Below are positions 1 through 7,918 of a stretch of 38,425 bases of DNA, piece after piece. The notes beneath the pieces are model-generated. The model had not been told where the DNA came from, did not search any database, and worked only from the letters and a program-made list of their open reading frames with translations. The position numbers and the translations under genes are program-made. Source of the DNA: a virus; the UHGV virus genome UHGV-0222321, one strand, 5' to 3'. Positions within the stretch are counted from its first letter, which is position 1. The number at the start of each line of letters is the position of its first letter.

Positions 1-156
1 GTCTATATCACAACAGGAAGCGACGCTCACATTGATATCGATGTTGGTGGATTTAGCTGCATCGAAAAGCTCATTCAGGAGGCCGATTTCCCAGAAGAGC
101 TGATTGCCACAACGTCTTATGAGAAGTTTTCCCGTCTGATCAGACAGAAAGGTTAA
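1..156 (+). CDS. Host PHP-domain phosphatase (YcdX-like), 3' fragment
   Basis: Frame 1 reads VYITTGSDAHIDIDVGGF...FPEELI...RQKG*; GSDAH is the C-terminal PHP motif. Confidence 0.8.
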   Translation, partial: VYITTGSDAHIDIDVGGFSCIEKLIQEADFPEELIATTSYEKFSRLIRQKG

Positions 157-240
157 CAAGTACTGGACTTTATGAGTTTAGTGTGTTAAAATAGTAGCTG
201 GCAGAAAGAATGCCCGACGAACACGATATGGAGGGTAGAT

Positions 241-276
241 ATGAGTAGGAAAATTAAGACAGAGGCTGTGGACAAT
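241..276 (+). pseudogene. 5' fragment of host YerC/YecD (TrpR-like) gene, cut off at the host/phage junction
   Basis: SD GGAGGG then MSRKIKTEAVDN, resembling remembered Lachnospiraceae YerC N-termini; the frame then runs into AT-rich phage promoter DNA and stops at 360. Confidence 0.6.
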
Positions 277-285
277 CCAAAAATA

Positions 286-363
286 TATTCAAGTGAAAAA
301 ATAATTATTGACAATATGCTCAAGTGCGTGTATATTAAAAATATAAATTTACTCAATTGAGTA
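286..363 (+). promoter_or_regulatory. Early (cro) promoter with three operator-like sites
   Basis: TTGACA 308-313, 17 bp, TATATT 331-336; perfect palindrome TACTCAATTGAGTA 350-363; degenerate copies at 317-330 and 286-299. Confidence 0.75.
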
Positions 364-381
364 GAAAGGAGAACTGAAGAA

Positions 382-597
382 GTGGCATACATGAATTTAA
401 AAGGGGAGATGGCGAAAAAAAATATTACAAATGAATCAATCGCTAATCTTCTTGGAATCCATCGTAATAGTGTCTACAACAAAATAAACGGAGAAAGCAA
501 GTTTTCTATCGATGAAGCATTGGCAATAAGAAACGCATTTTTCCCTAATTACGATGTAGATACCTTATTTGGAGAAAACAGAGGAGGTGAGGAATAG
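382..597 (+). CDS. Cro-like XRE HTH regulator
   Basis: 71 aa; HTH IANLLGIHRNSVYNKINGESKFS; SD AAAGGAG, GTG start. Confidence 0.9.
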   Translation: MAYMNLKGEMAKKNITNESIANLLGIHRNSVYNKINGESKFSIDEALAIRNAFFPNYDVDTLFGENRGGEE

Positions 598-765
598 ATG
601 GATGTAAAAAATCTTGACAGTGTTTCTAGAGAAGAACAGAAAGCAATTTTAAGTAATGTCATTTCTCGATGTATGATTGAAAATCACATGACATTGGAAA
701 ATCTGGACGAAGCATGTGAGGTTATACGAGAGATTTATAGAAAGAATGCAATAATGAAAGGCTGA
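598..765 (+). CDS. Hypothetical protein (55 aa)
   Basis: SD GGAGGTG; MDVKNLDSVS...NAIMKG*; below the ORF-track cutoff. Confidence 0.7.
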   Translation: MDVKNLDSVSREEQKAILSNVISRCMIENHMTLENLDEACEVIREIYRKNAIMKG

Positions 766-786
766 CAATATAGCCAGCCATCCCTA

Positions 787-1011
787 TTATCCTTTATGAC
801 ATTCACGACAACAAAAATAGCAACCGTCAAAAGTTTTATTCGGATGCTTCCGCATTGCTTCAAGCTTTGCGGATTGACACGAACCAAAATACCCGATGTA
901 TTCCCTGTTTAACAGAGAAGGAAGATAAGAGCAATCTTCCGTATGAATTTCATGGTATCCATTTGTGTCAGCATGAATGTTGAAGTAGTAGTGTTTCAAT
1001 ATGTTCACCAC
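787..1011 (-). CDS. Cys/His-rich small phage protein (leftward cassette)
   Basis: HEIH..C and DGCYFCCRECH; own promoter TTGATT(1069-1064)-17-TATACT(1046-1041). Confidence 0.8.
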   Translation of the reverse strand: MVNILKHYYFNIHADTNGYHEIHTEDCSYLPSLLNREYIGYFGSCQSAKLEAMRKHPNKTFDGCYFCCRECHKG

Positions 1012-1210
1012 CTTTCTGATCGAATATATGTTCTGAATATAGTATAAAGTATTGGGGTGAGTAAATCAACAGAAAAATATTTAAAAGCACAATATCTTGT
1101 ATAAAAGCTCTATAAATGAAATGAACAAATTCTAAATACAAGGATTTCTCGATAAAACATTGGATTATCTGTTCCAAACGGATGATCCAGACAAGAAGGA
1201 GGTGGTATAG

Positions 1211-1381
1211 ATGGAGGAGAAAACTCAAAAAAGTATAAAAAAGACGCTTGAATTAGAAGAAGGAACGCTATCGGTTGAAATATCTGCCGAGAACGTCCCT
1301 GTATCGAGAACTAATAGTTCTTATGAAATGTTTTTAGAAACATTAGTCGAAAGAACAAAAGAAGAATTTAAAAATTTATAA
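1211..1381 (+). CDS. Hypothetical protein (56 aa)
   Basis: SD AAGGAGGTG; MEEKTQKSIKK...EFKNL*. Confidence 0.6.
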   Translation: MEEKTQKSIKKTLELEEGTLSVEISAENVPVSRTNSSYEMFLETLVERTKEEFKNL

Positions 1382-1492
1382 GGTCGGTCTGTATTAAATG
1401 AAAAATTAATTGTTGAACCTTAATATACCCTTTCATCATTTGATAGCAAGAGTATACAAAAAAATCACAGGAAAGAAAGGAGAGTAATAGAG

Positions 1493-1722
1493 ATGTACAT
1501 ACATGAAGCTGTAAGGGAAGCAATGTAGATAAATGGAATAATCTTCCGAAAATCTATGAGAAGAACTGAATCAGAAATATTCGCTGTGATCAAACCATCA
1601 AATAGTTATGAAACGTGTCAACTGATTATAAGCAGATATGGAAAAGCGGAAAGAGCCGCGAGGTCATGGAATCCAACAGCAGATGACCTCACGGCTGATG
1701 ATTGGAACTATTCAGGGGATGA
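1493..1722 (+). pseudogene. DUF2829/Tad2-like pseudogene
   Basis: MYIHEAVREAM-TAG(1526-1528)-INGIIFRK...WNPTADDLTADDW; probable 1-nt deletion near 1705 removes the expected ...WELFRG* end; paralog of 2948..3235. Confidence 0.75.
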
Positions 1723-1777
1723 ACTTCGAAATAAAGTCTGCAAGGAAGATAAGAGCAATCTAAGGAGGTGTGAAAGC

Positions 1778-2005
1778 ATGGATTATGAAAAGTTTAGATT
1801 ACAAGTACGAGATTTAGCTACCAAAGCGTACAAAGATTTGAAAGAAGAATCAAAAGATTACGGGGAATTGCGACAAAAGTGCAAAAAATACTGTACCGGA
1901 CTTTTATACAGAGACAAAGATATGGGGAACTATGTCAAGGGCTGTTTTGAAAAATTATTCATACACGATTTGAGAGATGCACAAATAACACATCTCTCTG
2001 ATTAA
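1778..2005 (+). CDS. Hypothetical protein (75 aa)
   Basis: SD AAGGAGGTG before MDYEKFRLQ; true gene inside the fused 1556..2005 ORF. Confidence 0.7.
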   Translation: MDYEKFRLQVRDLATKAYKDLKEESKDYGELRQKCKKYCTGLLYRDKDMGNYVKGCFEKLFIHDLRDAQITHLSD

Positions 2006-2149
2006 GTCTATATATTTTCAATTTTACAACCAATACAGGAACTGAGGAAGCAGGGATTTCGATTTTAACTACATCTTTACACAGGTATTCATTTCCATCA
2101 AAGTATGAGAAACCTACTTATTCCAGATAGATGAAAAGGAGGGGGAAGT

Positions 2150-2263
2150 ATGAAGAAGGATAAAAAAGAAAAGAAACCGTCAAAGATAACGGTTTCGGAT
2201 GTGGCTCTGGTATTAGCGATATTAAACTTTTTATTTGTTCTTTCTGGAATCATTTTAGAATAG
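2150..2263 (+). CDS. Small membrane peptide (37 aa)
   Basis: SD AAGGAGG; basic N-terminus then VALVLAILNFLFVLSGII. Confidence 0.6.
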   Translation: MKKDKKEKKPSKITVSDVALVLAILNFLFVLSGIILE

Positions 2264-2612
2264 GCCGAGCCTATCGCAAATTTCCATAATAAAAGTAAGA
2301 ACAGAAACAGTAACAGCGATCCAGCCTTTGATGTCGGCTTTCTTAGCTTTTTTTGATAGCAAGAGATGAGAGCGTTTCGGAAGCTTTGGCATGAGTCTCG
2401 GATGACTTAGCGATGCTTTCGGAAGAATTGGCAAGCCTTTCGGCTATTTGAGAGCGTTCCTCTGATGATTTGGCAAGCCTTTCGGCTATTTGAGAGCGTT
2501 CCTCTGATGATTTGGCAAGTTTTTCGGCTGAAGAAGCAAGTTCCTTTACGGGATCTAATTCTTTCCTGATAGAAGAGAGAATTGAGTATTCAGGGGTAAA
2601 TTTATAAGGCAT
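2255..2612 (-). pseudogene. Coiled-coil protein with C-terminal TM anchor, frameshifted in an A7 tract
   Basis: A7 at 2348-2354 gives an early stop at 2343; A6 restores KKAKKADIKGWIAVTVSVLTFIMEICDRLGLF*; extended -10 TGGTATAAT upstream. Confidence 0.7.
2428..2519. repeat. 42-bp perfect tandem repeat (2 copies plus partial)
   Basis: TTGGCAAGCCTTTCGGCTATTTGAGAGCGTTCCTCTGATGAT x2; encodes SSEERSQIAERLAK-type units on the minus strand. Confidence 0.95.
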
Positions 2613-2733
2613 GATATCCGTCCTTTCATTAATTGATAAGAAAATTATACCAGAGAAAAAGGAAAAAGAACAGGAGTTAAGGACAATGCAACCCGGACAA
2701 TCCGTGAGGAATAGATTTTAGAGAGGTGATGAT

Positions 2734-2826
2734 ATGGATATGGAAAAGGTCATTGAAGTATTAATCAGCCTTCTTGAAGAACAGGAGGGTGTAGAAATCA
2801 AATACGAAATTGAGAAAACCGCTTAG
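2734..2826 (+). CDS. Small hypothetical protein (30 aa)
   Basis: SD GAGGTG; MDMEKVIEVLISLLEEQEGVEIKYEIEKTA*. Confidence 0.6.
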   Translation: MDMEKVIEVLISLLEEQEGVEIKYEIEKTA

Positions 2827-2947
2827 GCGGTCAACCAGATGGACAAGCAGGAAGGGGATGAGGTTATGTATACATACCGTGGTCATACAGGGTTTTGGCG
2901 TTGATTGAGGTACAGGATGATGAATAGGCAGAGAGGGAGGTGAAAAC

Positions 2948-3235
2948 GTGTATATACACCAAGCAACAAAAAAAGCAGTTAAAGAAAATAAAATGATGTA
3001 TCGAAAAAATGTAATGCAGATACACGGAAAAATTATAATTGGGATACTTCCGACAGACTCATATGTGACGTGCCTTATTGCAAAAATAAAAGATGGCAAG
3101 GTCGTAGATATAATGAGTCACTGGAATCCAACAAGAGACGATTTGGTGGCAAAGGATTGGGAATTAATGGACCGGCCACTTCAGAAAGAGTGGCCGGAAG
3201 ATAAACTAAATCGTTTTGAAATATTCAATACATAA
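2948..3235 (+). CDS. DUF2829/Tad2-like protein
   Basis: MYIHQA...WNPTRDDLVAKDWE matches the W-x-P-x3-D-x2-A-x-DW signature; SD GGAGGTG. Confidence 0.75.
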   Translation: MYIHQATKKAVKENKMMYRKNVMQIHGKIIIGILPTDSYVTCLIAKIKDGKVVDIMSHWNPTRDDLVAKDWELMDRPLQKEWPEDKLNRFEIFNT

Positions 3236-3421
3236 AGGTAGTAAGACGATTTCGTATATCTGCCCACTTGAATAAACCACTTTGATATATCCGAGGCTCT
3301 CAAGAGAAGCAAGGGAATCTCTCAATTCTTGGGTATCCTTTGTGAATGACAAAAAAGACTCAATATTTACATAGTCATCGGAAGAAAAGTTCTTCAAATT
3401 TTTTAACAATTTTTTATCCAT
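3206..3421 (-). CDS. Small winged-helix-like protein (leftward cassette)
   Basis: Start MDKKLL with SD GAAAGGAG; LASLESLGYIKV; promoter TTGTCA(3497-3492)-17-TATACT(3474-3469). Confidence 0.7.
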   Translation of the reverse strand: MDKKLLKNLKNFSSDDYVNIESFLSFTKDTQELRDSLASLESLGYIKVVYSSGQIYEIVLLPLCIEYFKTI

Positions 3422-3525
3422 ATGAGGTCTCCTTTCTTTGTACTCGGCATGGCAGTGCCTGTATCTAAAGTATAGGAGATCGGTTGGAGGATGACAAGAG
3501 ATTAAAAGAGAAGGAGGAATAAAGC

Positions 3526-3837
3526 GTGAATATAACATCCATGCGAATCTTACACGGAAACGCAATCGCAACAATACCCCAGTTGGCGGAGCAGTTCCAT
3601 ATCTGCGACCGGACGGTCAGAACGATCGTCCGCGAAATGGAAGATCAGAAAGACCGATATGGAAATTACGGGATTTTAAGCGATGGAAACTTGAAACGGG
3701 TCAACATCCTGGCATTTACGGATTACTACAACTACAGGGATATGCTCAAGTCCAAAAACGGAAAGAAGCACGTCCCGCCGTATAATCCACAGGAGATTGC
3801 TAAAGCGATGGGGTTTTATATGGAGATTATGGTGTAA
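3526..3837 (+). CDS. HTH DNA-binding protein, possible excisionase/recombination directionality factor
   Basis: IPQLAEQFHICDRTVRTIVREM HTH; early-region position. Confidence 0.6.
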   Translation: MNITSMRILHGNAIATIPQLAEQFHICDRTVRTIVREMEDQKDRYGNYGILSDGNLKRVNILAFTDYYNYRDMLKSKNGKKHVPPYNPQEIAKAMGFYMEIMV

Positions 3838-3877
3838 ATGAACCGGAGAAAGGAAAGTGAAGAGGGAGGTGATAACG

Positions 3878-4153
3878 ATGCATCGAAGAAAACTGCGGAA
3901 ATACCGGATCTTGAAAGACATCTGTGCAGTGGTCGGGGGAATTGCCGTACTGGTGATGGCCGGATCCGCTGACAGTTACAGCCAGAACCTTATCTCAACG
4001 GCAGAGTTTTTTATGGCGTTCGGGATCGCGCTGGACATGATGATAGTAGCATACATAACGCATGACTGTGTGAAAGAACGGGAGAAGCATTATCTCCAGA
4101 TGAGGGAACTGCGCCGGAGACACCGGCAGCAGGGCATGAAAAAGAGTGCATAG
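3878..4153 (+). CDS. Hypothetical membrane protein
   Basis: Two hydrophobic segments; SD GGAGGTG. Confidence 0.7.
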   Translation: MHRRKLRKYRILKDICAVVGGIAVLVMAGSADSYSQNLISTAEFFMAFGIALDMMIVAYITHDCVKEREKHYLQMRELRRRHRQQGMKKSA

Positions 4154-4225
4154 GGACGGCAATCCCAGATATACACTCGCTAAAATAACCAACTTTATTA
4201 TGACAGATAAGAAAGGAAAAAGCAA

Positions 4226-4480
4226 ATGGAGAAACAAAGAAAATATGAACTGACCAAAGAAGACCTGGAAACACTGATCTTCTTGGCAGCAAACAGAATA
4301 TGCGACCAGAAGAAAACAAGTGAGGAGAAAAAGATAGAGATTTGTGGGTACGCGGCGGAGATTACAAGAGAACTAATAGACCATCTGATGGGTGAGAACC
4401 CTTTCGATCAGGAACAGATGGAGCTTGTAGATGCTGTTTTACATAAAAACACAACTATCATAATCGGAATTCAAAGATGA
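4226..4480 (+). CDS. Hypothetical protein
   Basis: ORF with SD AAAGGA. Confidence 0.7.
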   Translation: MEKQRKYELTKEDLETLIFLAANRICDQKKTSEEKKIEICGYAAEITRELIDHLMGENPFDQEQMELVDAVLHKNTTIIIGIQR

Positions 4481-4629
4481 AAAAGAATGGAAACGGAGAA
4501 AAAGAAATCCTTTGGATTGTCCGCTATGAAAACGGAGATATCGGGTGCCTGTATGGGACAAGGCAAGCGGCTGAGGAGTACGCACAGAGAGAAGCGGAAA
4601 AGAAAGGGACCGGATATTTCATTATCTGA
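4477..4629 (+). CDS. Hypothetical protein (50 aa)
   Basis: ATGA overlap with the previous stop; MKKNGNGEKEILWIVRYENGDIGCLYGTRQAAEEYA... Confidence 0.6.
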   Translation: MKKNGNGEKEILWIVRYENGDIGCLYGTRQAAEEYAQREAEKKGTGYFII

Positions 4630-4654
4630 GATAGGACAATCCGAACAGAAAGAA

Positions 4655-4722
4655 GAAATAGGAAATACAATACCCTCCCGGAGCCCGACAGCTCAAGGGA
4701 GGGTAAGCCATACATCTTAGAC
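4655..4722 (-). ncRNA. Candidate counter-transcribed RNA upstream of rep
   Basis: Leftward TTGTCT(4757-4752)-17-TATACT(4734-4729); hairpin 4671-4705 followed by a U-rich tail on the minus strand; ends approximate. Confidence 0.45.
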
Positions 4723-4818
4723 ATACTCAGTATAGCATGTATGGCGGGAAAAGACAACGCAGGATTCCGGAGGGTACGGATCCGCATTTGAAACAGGGGG
4801 AAGCCAATCCCCTTTGAG

Positions 4819-4845
4819 ACTCGATAAGGGTATTATTTCAAGGAC
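4819..4845 (+). other. Candidate rolling-circle origin/nick site
   Basis: ACTCGATA resembles the phiX174/pC194 nick motif (A)CTTG^ATA; ~45 bp upstream of the HUH Rep, preceded by a hairpin at ~4794-4815. Confidence 0.4.
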
Positions 4846-4867
4846 AAGAAACCGGAGGAAAGAGGAG

Positions 4868-5767
4868 ATGCCATACATCAAGACGACCTGCAAGGCGGGA
4901 AAGACAAAAGAGTATGAATTTTATTATTCATATCGATTTGACCAGAAAGGGGGGAGCCGGAAAAAGAAAGAGAACAGGACTCCAGAAGCACAGAGACAAG
5001 TCAACCGGAGGATGGCCGAGAAAAAACTCACCCGATTGATGAACGCCAACCTTTCCGGGGAGGATTATTACCTTACACTCAGCTACCGGAAAGAGAAGCG
5101 GCCGGATCGGGAGACATTGAACCGGGACATCCGAACACTTTTACGAAAACTGCGGAGGATCTACCGGAAACACGGAAAAGAACTGAAATACATATGGACG
5201 GCGGAAAAAGGGGAGAGGGGAGCTGCACACCTTCATATTGTTGTCAATGGGATCGATCATATATCACACATCATAAGAGATCTATGGGAAAAGGGATGGA
5301 TCTGTATTAAGCCTTTGGATAAGAGCGGGCAGTACCGGAAACTGGCCGGGTATTTCATCAAGTATTCGGACAAGACCATGAAGACGGAGCAAGGATTCAT
5401 CAACAAAAGATACTGTAGCAGTAAAAACCTTATCATTCCAGAACCGGAGAAAAAGAAGATCCGGGGACGGAACGCCTATAGCCATAAAATTGAGGTTCCG
5501 GCCGGATGGTACGTGGATAAGGAGAGCATCCGGGAGGCTTGGCACGAGATAACAGGGTATTTGTATTTTTCCTACACGCTGGTACAACTGCCGGACAACA
5601 AGGCAGACCGGGAACGGCAGAGGGAAGAATCTTATATCCTGAATCTGGAGACCGGAGAAGTGGAGATCACAGAAAGGAGGACCGACCGTGGAAAAAGCGC
5701 CAAGAATCACAAGAAAAACCTTGCGGAAACATCTGGAAGAGGTCACAGAAATTGCGTGGGAGCATGA
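4868..5767 (+). CDS. HUH rolling-circle replication initiator (Rep)
   Basis: Motif I YLTLSY, motif II AHLHIVV, motif III LAGYFIK. Confidence 0.85.
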   Translation: MPYIKTTCKAGKTKEYEFYYSYRFDQKGGSRKKKENRTPEAQRQVNRRMAEKKLTRLMNANLSGEDYYLTLSYRKEKRPDRETLNRDIRTLLRKLRRIYRKHGKELKYIWTAEKGERGAAHLHIVVNGIDHISHIIRDLWEKGWICIKPLDKSGQYRKLAGYFIKYSDKTMKTEQGFINKRYCSSKNLIIPEPEKKKIRGRNAYSHKIEVPAGWYVDKESIREAWHEITGYLYFSYTLVQLPDNKADRERQREESYILNLETGEVEITERRTDRGKSAKNHKKNLAETSGRGHRNCVGA

Positions 5768-5969
5768 CGCGGAAGAGTCATATCGAATTGTAAAAGAAAA
5801 ATGGGAGATTGGGAGCAGTAGGTCCTTCCGGGATTTCCTGAATAAAGAGCATATTACGACATATCAGAGAACGGCAGCGGAAACCATGACACTGGAAGAC
5901 AAGGAAAGATTTTCCAGAGAGTGGAACAAAGCCATAGAGATGATAAAGGAGTGGAGGAGAAAGAAGTGA
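5688..5969 (+). CDS. Hypothetical protein
   Basis: GTG with SD AAAGGAGG. Confidence 0.7.
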   Translation: MEKAPRITRKTLRKHLEEVTEIAWEHDAEESYRIVKEKWEIGSSRSFRDFLNKEHITTYQRTAAETMTLEDKERFSREWNKAIEMIKEWRRKK

Positions 5970-6421
5970 GAAATTACAGAGTCAAGGAACGAAAGACACC
6001 GGATGGCCGGATCCAGCTCACCGGATCGGAAGATGCGGAGCAGGAGAAGGTGGTATGCTGGGCCAAACTGATGAGCAATGCTTACCCGGACCTGGAATTG
6101 CTCTACCATGTGCCCAATGGGGGCAGCAGGAACAAAGCCGAGGCGTCCAAATTGAAACGGATGGGAGTGAGGGCAGGGGTGCCGGATTTGGTGCTCCCGG
6201 TTCCCCGCGCCGGATACGCCGGACTGTACATTGAACTAAAAGTCGGGGAGAACCGGCCAAGTAATAACCAGAAAGACTGGCTGGAGAAATTGACGATCCA
6301 GGGCTATCAGGCGTTGGTCTGTTATGGTGGGAACGAGGCGATCCGTGCACTGGAACAGTATGTAACAGCGCCAAAGACTGTTTTGGAGATGAGGGAAGGA
6401 AGAGAAGGTGGAAATTTGTAG
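5966..6421 (+). CDS. VRR-NUC domain nuclease (Holliday-junction resolvase-like)
   Basis: HVPNGG, GVPDL, LYIELK motifs. Confidence 0.9.
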   Translation: MRNYRVKERKTPDGRIQLTGSEDAEQEKVVCWAKLMSNAYPDLELLYHVPNGGSRNKAEASKLKRMGVRAGVPDLVLPVPRAGYAGLYIELKVGENRPSNNQKDWLEKLTIQGYQALVCYGGNEAIRALEQYVTAPKTVLEMREGREGGNL

Positions 6422-6776
6422 AAGAATTCTGGAATGGATCCGGAAACTCAGGAGAAAAGAGATGACAAAGAAGCAGGAAGAGGAAAGCGCGTGTGAAAGG
6501 GTTCCCGATGAGAGTGAGGGGAAACCAGATCAGGAACAAGAGCTGGTGGAGGAGATAGAGTCATTCAATGATGCGCTTTCAGAAATAGGGAAAACAGCAC
6601 AAGAGGCTACGGACTCATGGGATCAGTTTCACAGGGTTTGGGAGCAGGCGATAGAAGCTGTTGCGAAAAAGCTTGCGGAAAAATTTGCGAAGATCGAAAG
6701 AGAGGAAACGAATAATTGGAGGAAACTACACGGGAAACCGATGAGAAGGAGAGGTGGATGGCATGGCAGGATTTGA
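6408..6776 (+). CDS. Hypothetical protein
   Basis: Coupled ORF; NNWRKLHGKPMRR C-terminus. Confidence 0.7.
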   Translation: MEICRRILEWIRKLRRKEMTKKQEEESACERVPDESEGKPDQEQELVEEIESFNDALSEIGKTAQEATDSWDQFHRVWEQAIEAVAKKLAEKFAKIEREETNNWRKLHGKPMRRRGGWHGRI

Positions 6777-7647
6777 CGTAATAGAGATGCTGAATGGAAA
6801 CAGCATCCAAGCGGCGGGAGCGCGGCAATGGTATCAGGAAACGAATTATGAGGACGCGAAAGAGATCATACGGGATGAGCTGGGAAATATCCGGAACTCC
6901 TTCGTCAAGGTAGGATATTTCCTGCGGAGGATCAAAGAGACAGAAGGATATCAAGAGGATGGATATGAAACAATCTGGGATTGTGCGAAAGACCAGTTTG
7001 GGATCACCAGGACGACCGCCAGCAGATGGATGGAGATTAACCGGCGTTTCTCCGAAGGAGGATACAGTCCATATCTGGCGGAAGAATATAAGGGGTATAA
7101 CAAGAGCCAGCTACAGGAGATGCTGTACCTCCCGGAGGAAAAGCTGGAAGAGGTGGATCCGGGAATGACCGCAATGGAAATCCGGGGCAGCAGGAAAGAG
7201 CCGGAAGAAAAAACACAGGAAAGTGCGGAAACGCACAGAGAAGAGTGCGAGGAAGAGGACGAGATCCCAGGACAGATGAGGGAGGAGGACTACCTGGAAG
7301 AATCAGAAGAAGTAGACACTCCAGACATAGCGGACGAAAAAACGAGTGAGATTCAGAGGATAGTAGAGGAAGAGCGGCAGCAGCAAGATAGGGAGAACCC
7401 GGATCCGGGGCGGCAGGATACAAAAGAGAAAGCGTCGATTCGGGAACAGAAAACAGAAAGCATCCTGGACACCGCAACGAAAGAAGAGGATGAAATGTAT
7501 GCAAGAAAGCTCCATGTATTGAAAATGCTGGAAAAGTATTACATTTATCTGAATGAAGAGGAGATAGAGATTCTCAAAGGTATGGTACAGGATTGCAAGA
7601 GAAGAAAACAGGAGTATGCGTTGGAAGACTGTGGAACAACGTCATAG
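6763..7647 (+). CDS. Hypothetical phage protein (N-terminal HTH-like, acidic middle)
   Basis: FGITRTTASRWMEIN HTH-like segment. Confidence 0.8.
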   Translation: MAGFDVIEMLNGNSIQAAGARQWYQETNYEDAKEIIRDELGNIRNSFVKVGYFLRRIKETEGYQEDGYETIWDCAKDQFGITRTTASRWMEINRRFSEGGYSPYLAEEYKGYNKSQLQEMLYLPEEKLEEVDPGMTAMEIRGSRKEPEEKTQESAETHREECEEEDEIPGQMREEDYLEESEEVDTPDIADEKTSEIQRIVEEERQQQDRENPDPGRQDTKEKASIREQKTESILDTATKEEDEMYARKLHVLKMLEKYYIYLNEEEIEILKGMVQDCKRRKQEYALEDCGTTS

Positions 7648-7670
7648 GAAATAGAAAGGAGGGACAAAAA

Positions 7671-7856
7671 ATGCAGATCGAGGGGGATCAGTGCCGGAGA
7701 TGCGGGTCACTCCAGACAGAAGTTATAGATCGCAGATATCGGAAAAAAGTAGACAGAGTCATCCGGAGACGGAAATGCCTGGAATGTGGATATAAGTGGA
7801 ATACAGTGGAAGTCTATGCGGATGAATGGGAAAGGCTATCCAGAAAAGGACGATAA
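7671..7856 (+). CDS. NrdR-like zinc-ribbon protein
   Basis: CRRCG...TEVID.R...IRRRKCLECGYKWNTVE; lacks the ATP cone. Confidence 0.8.
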   Translation: MQIEGDQCRRCGSLQTEVIDRRYRKKVDRVIRRRKCLECGYKWNTVEVYADEWERLSRKGR

Positions 7857-7918
7857 TTAACCAGAACAAACGGAAGGAGAGCGAGTTGCGCGCATAATAA
7901 CCGGTTTCTCCTGAGTGA

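Noticed and set aside
162..170. ACTGGACTT shared with 38251-38259 as a possible att core
   Set aside because: Only 9 bp, expected by chance, and not at the junction
1022..1033. SOS-box-like GAATATATGTTC (and AAACATATGTTT near 33098)
   Set aside because: Mismatched to GAAC-N4-GTTC in AT-rich DNA; too weak to call
1526..1528. In-frame TAG as evidence of stop-codon recoding
   Set aside because: Other genes end normally at TAG, no suppressor tRNA is present, and the same gene has a second lesion
1556..2005. 149-aa ORF as one protein
   Set aside because: Artefactual fusion of the frameshifted DUF2829 pseudogene with a gene that has its own SD at 1778
1960..2118. Minus-strand frame VGFSYFDGNEYLCKDVVKIEIP...
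   Set aside because: No start codon or SD; at best a gene remnant
4487..4720. 77-aa ORF from the track
   Set aside because: The overlapping 4477..4629 frame is translationally coupled and more protein-like; the 3' part crosses a hairpin
4759..4794. Hairpin ending ATTTGAAAC resembling a solitary CRISPR repeat
   Set aside because: Single copy, no spacers or cas genes, imperfect match; more simply part of the rep leader
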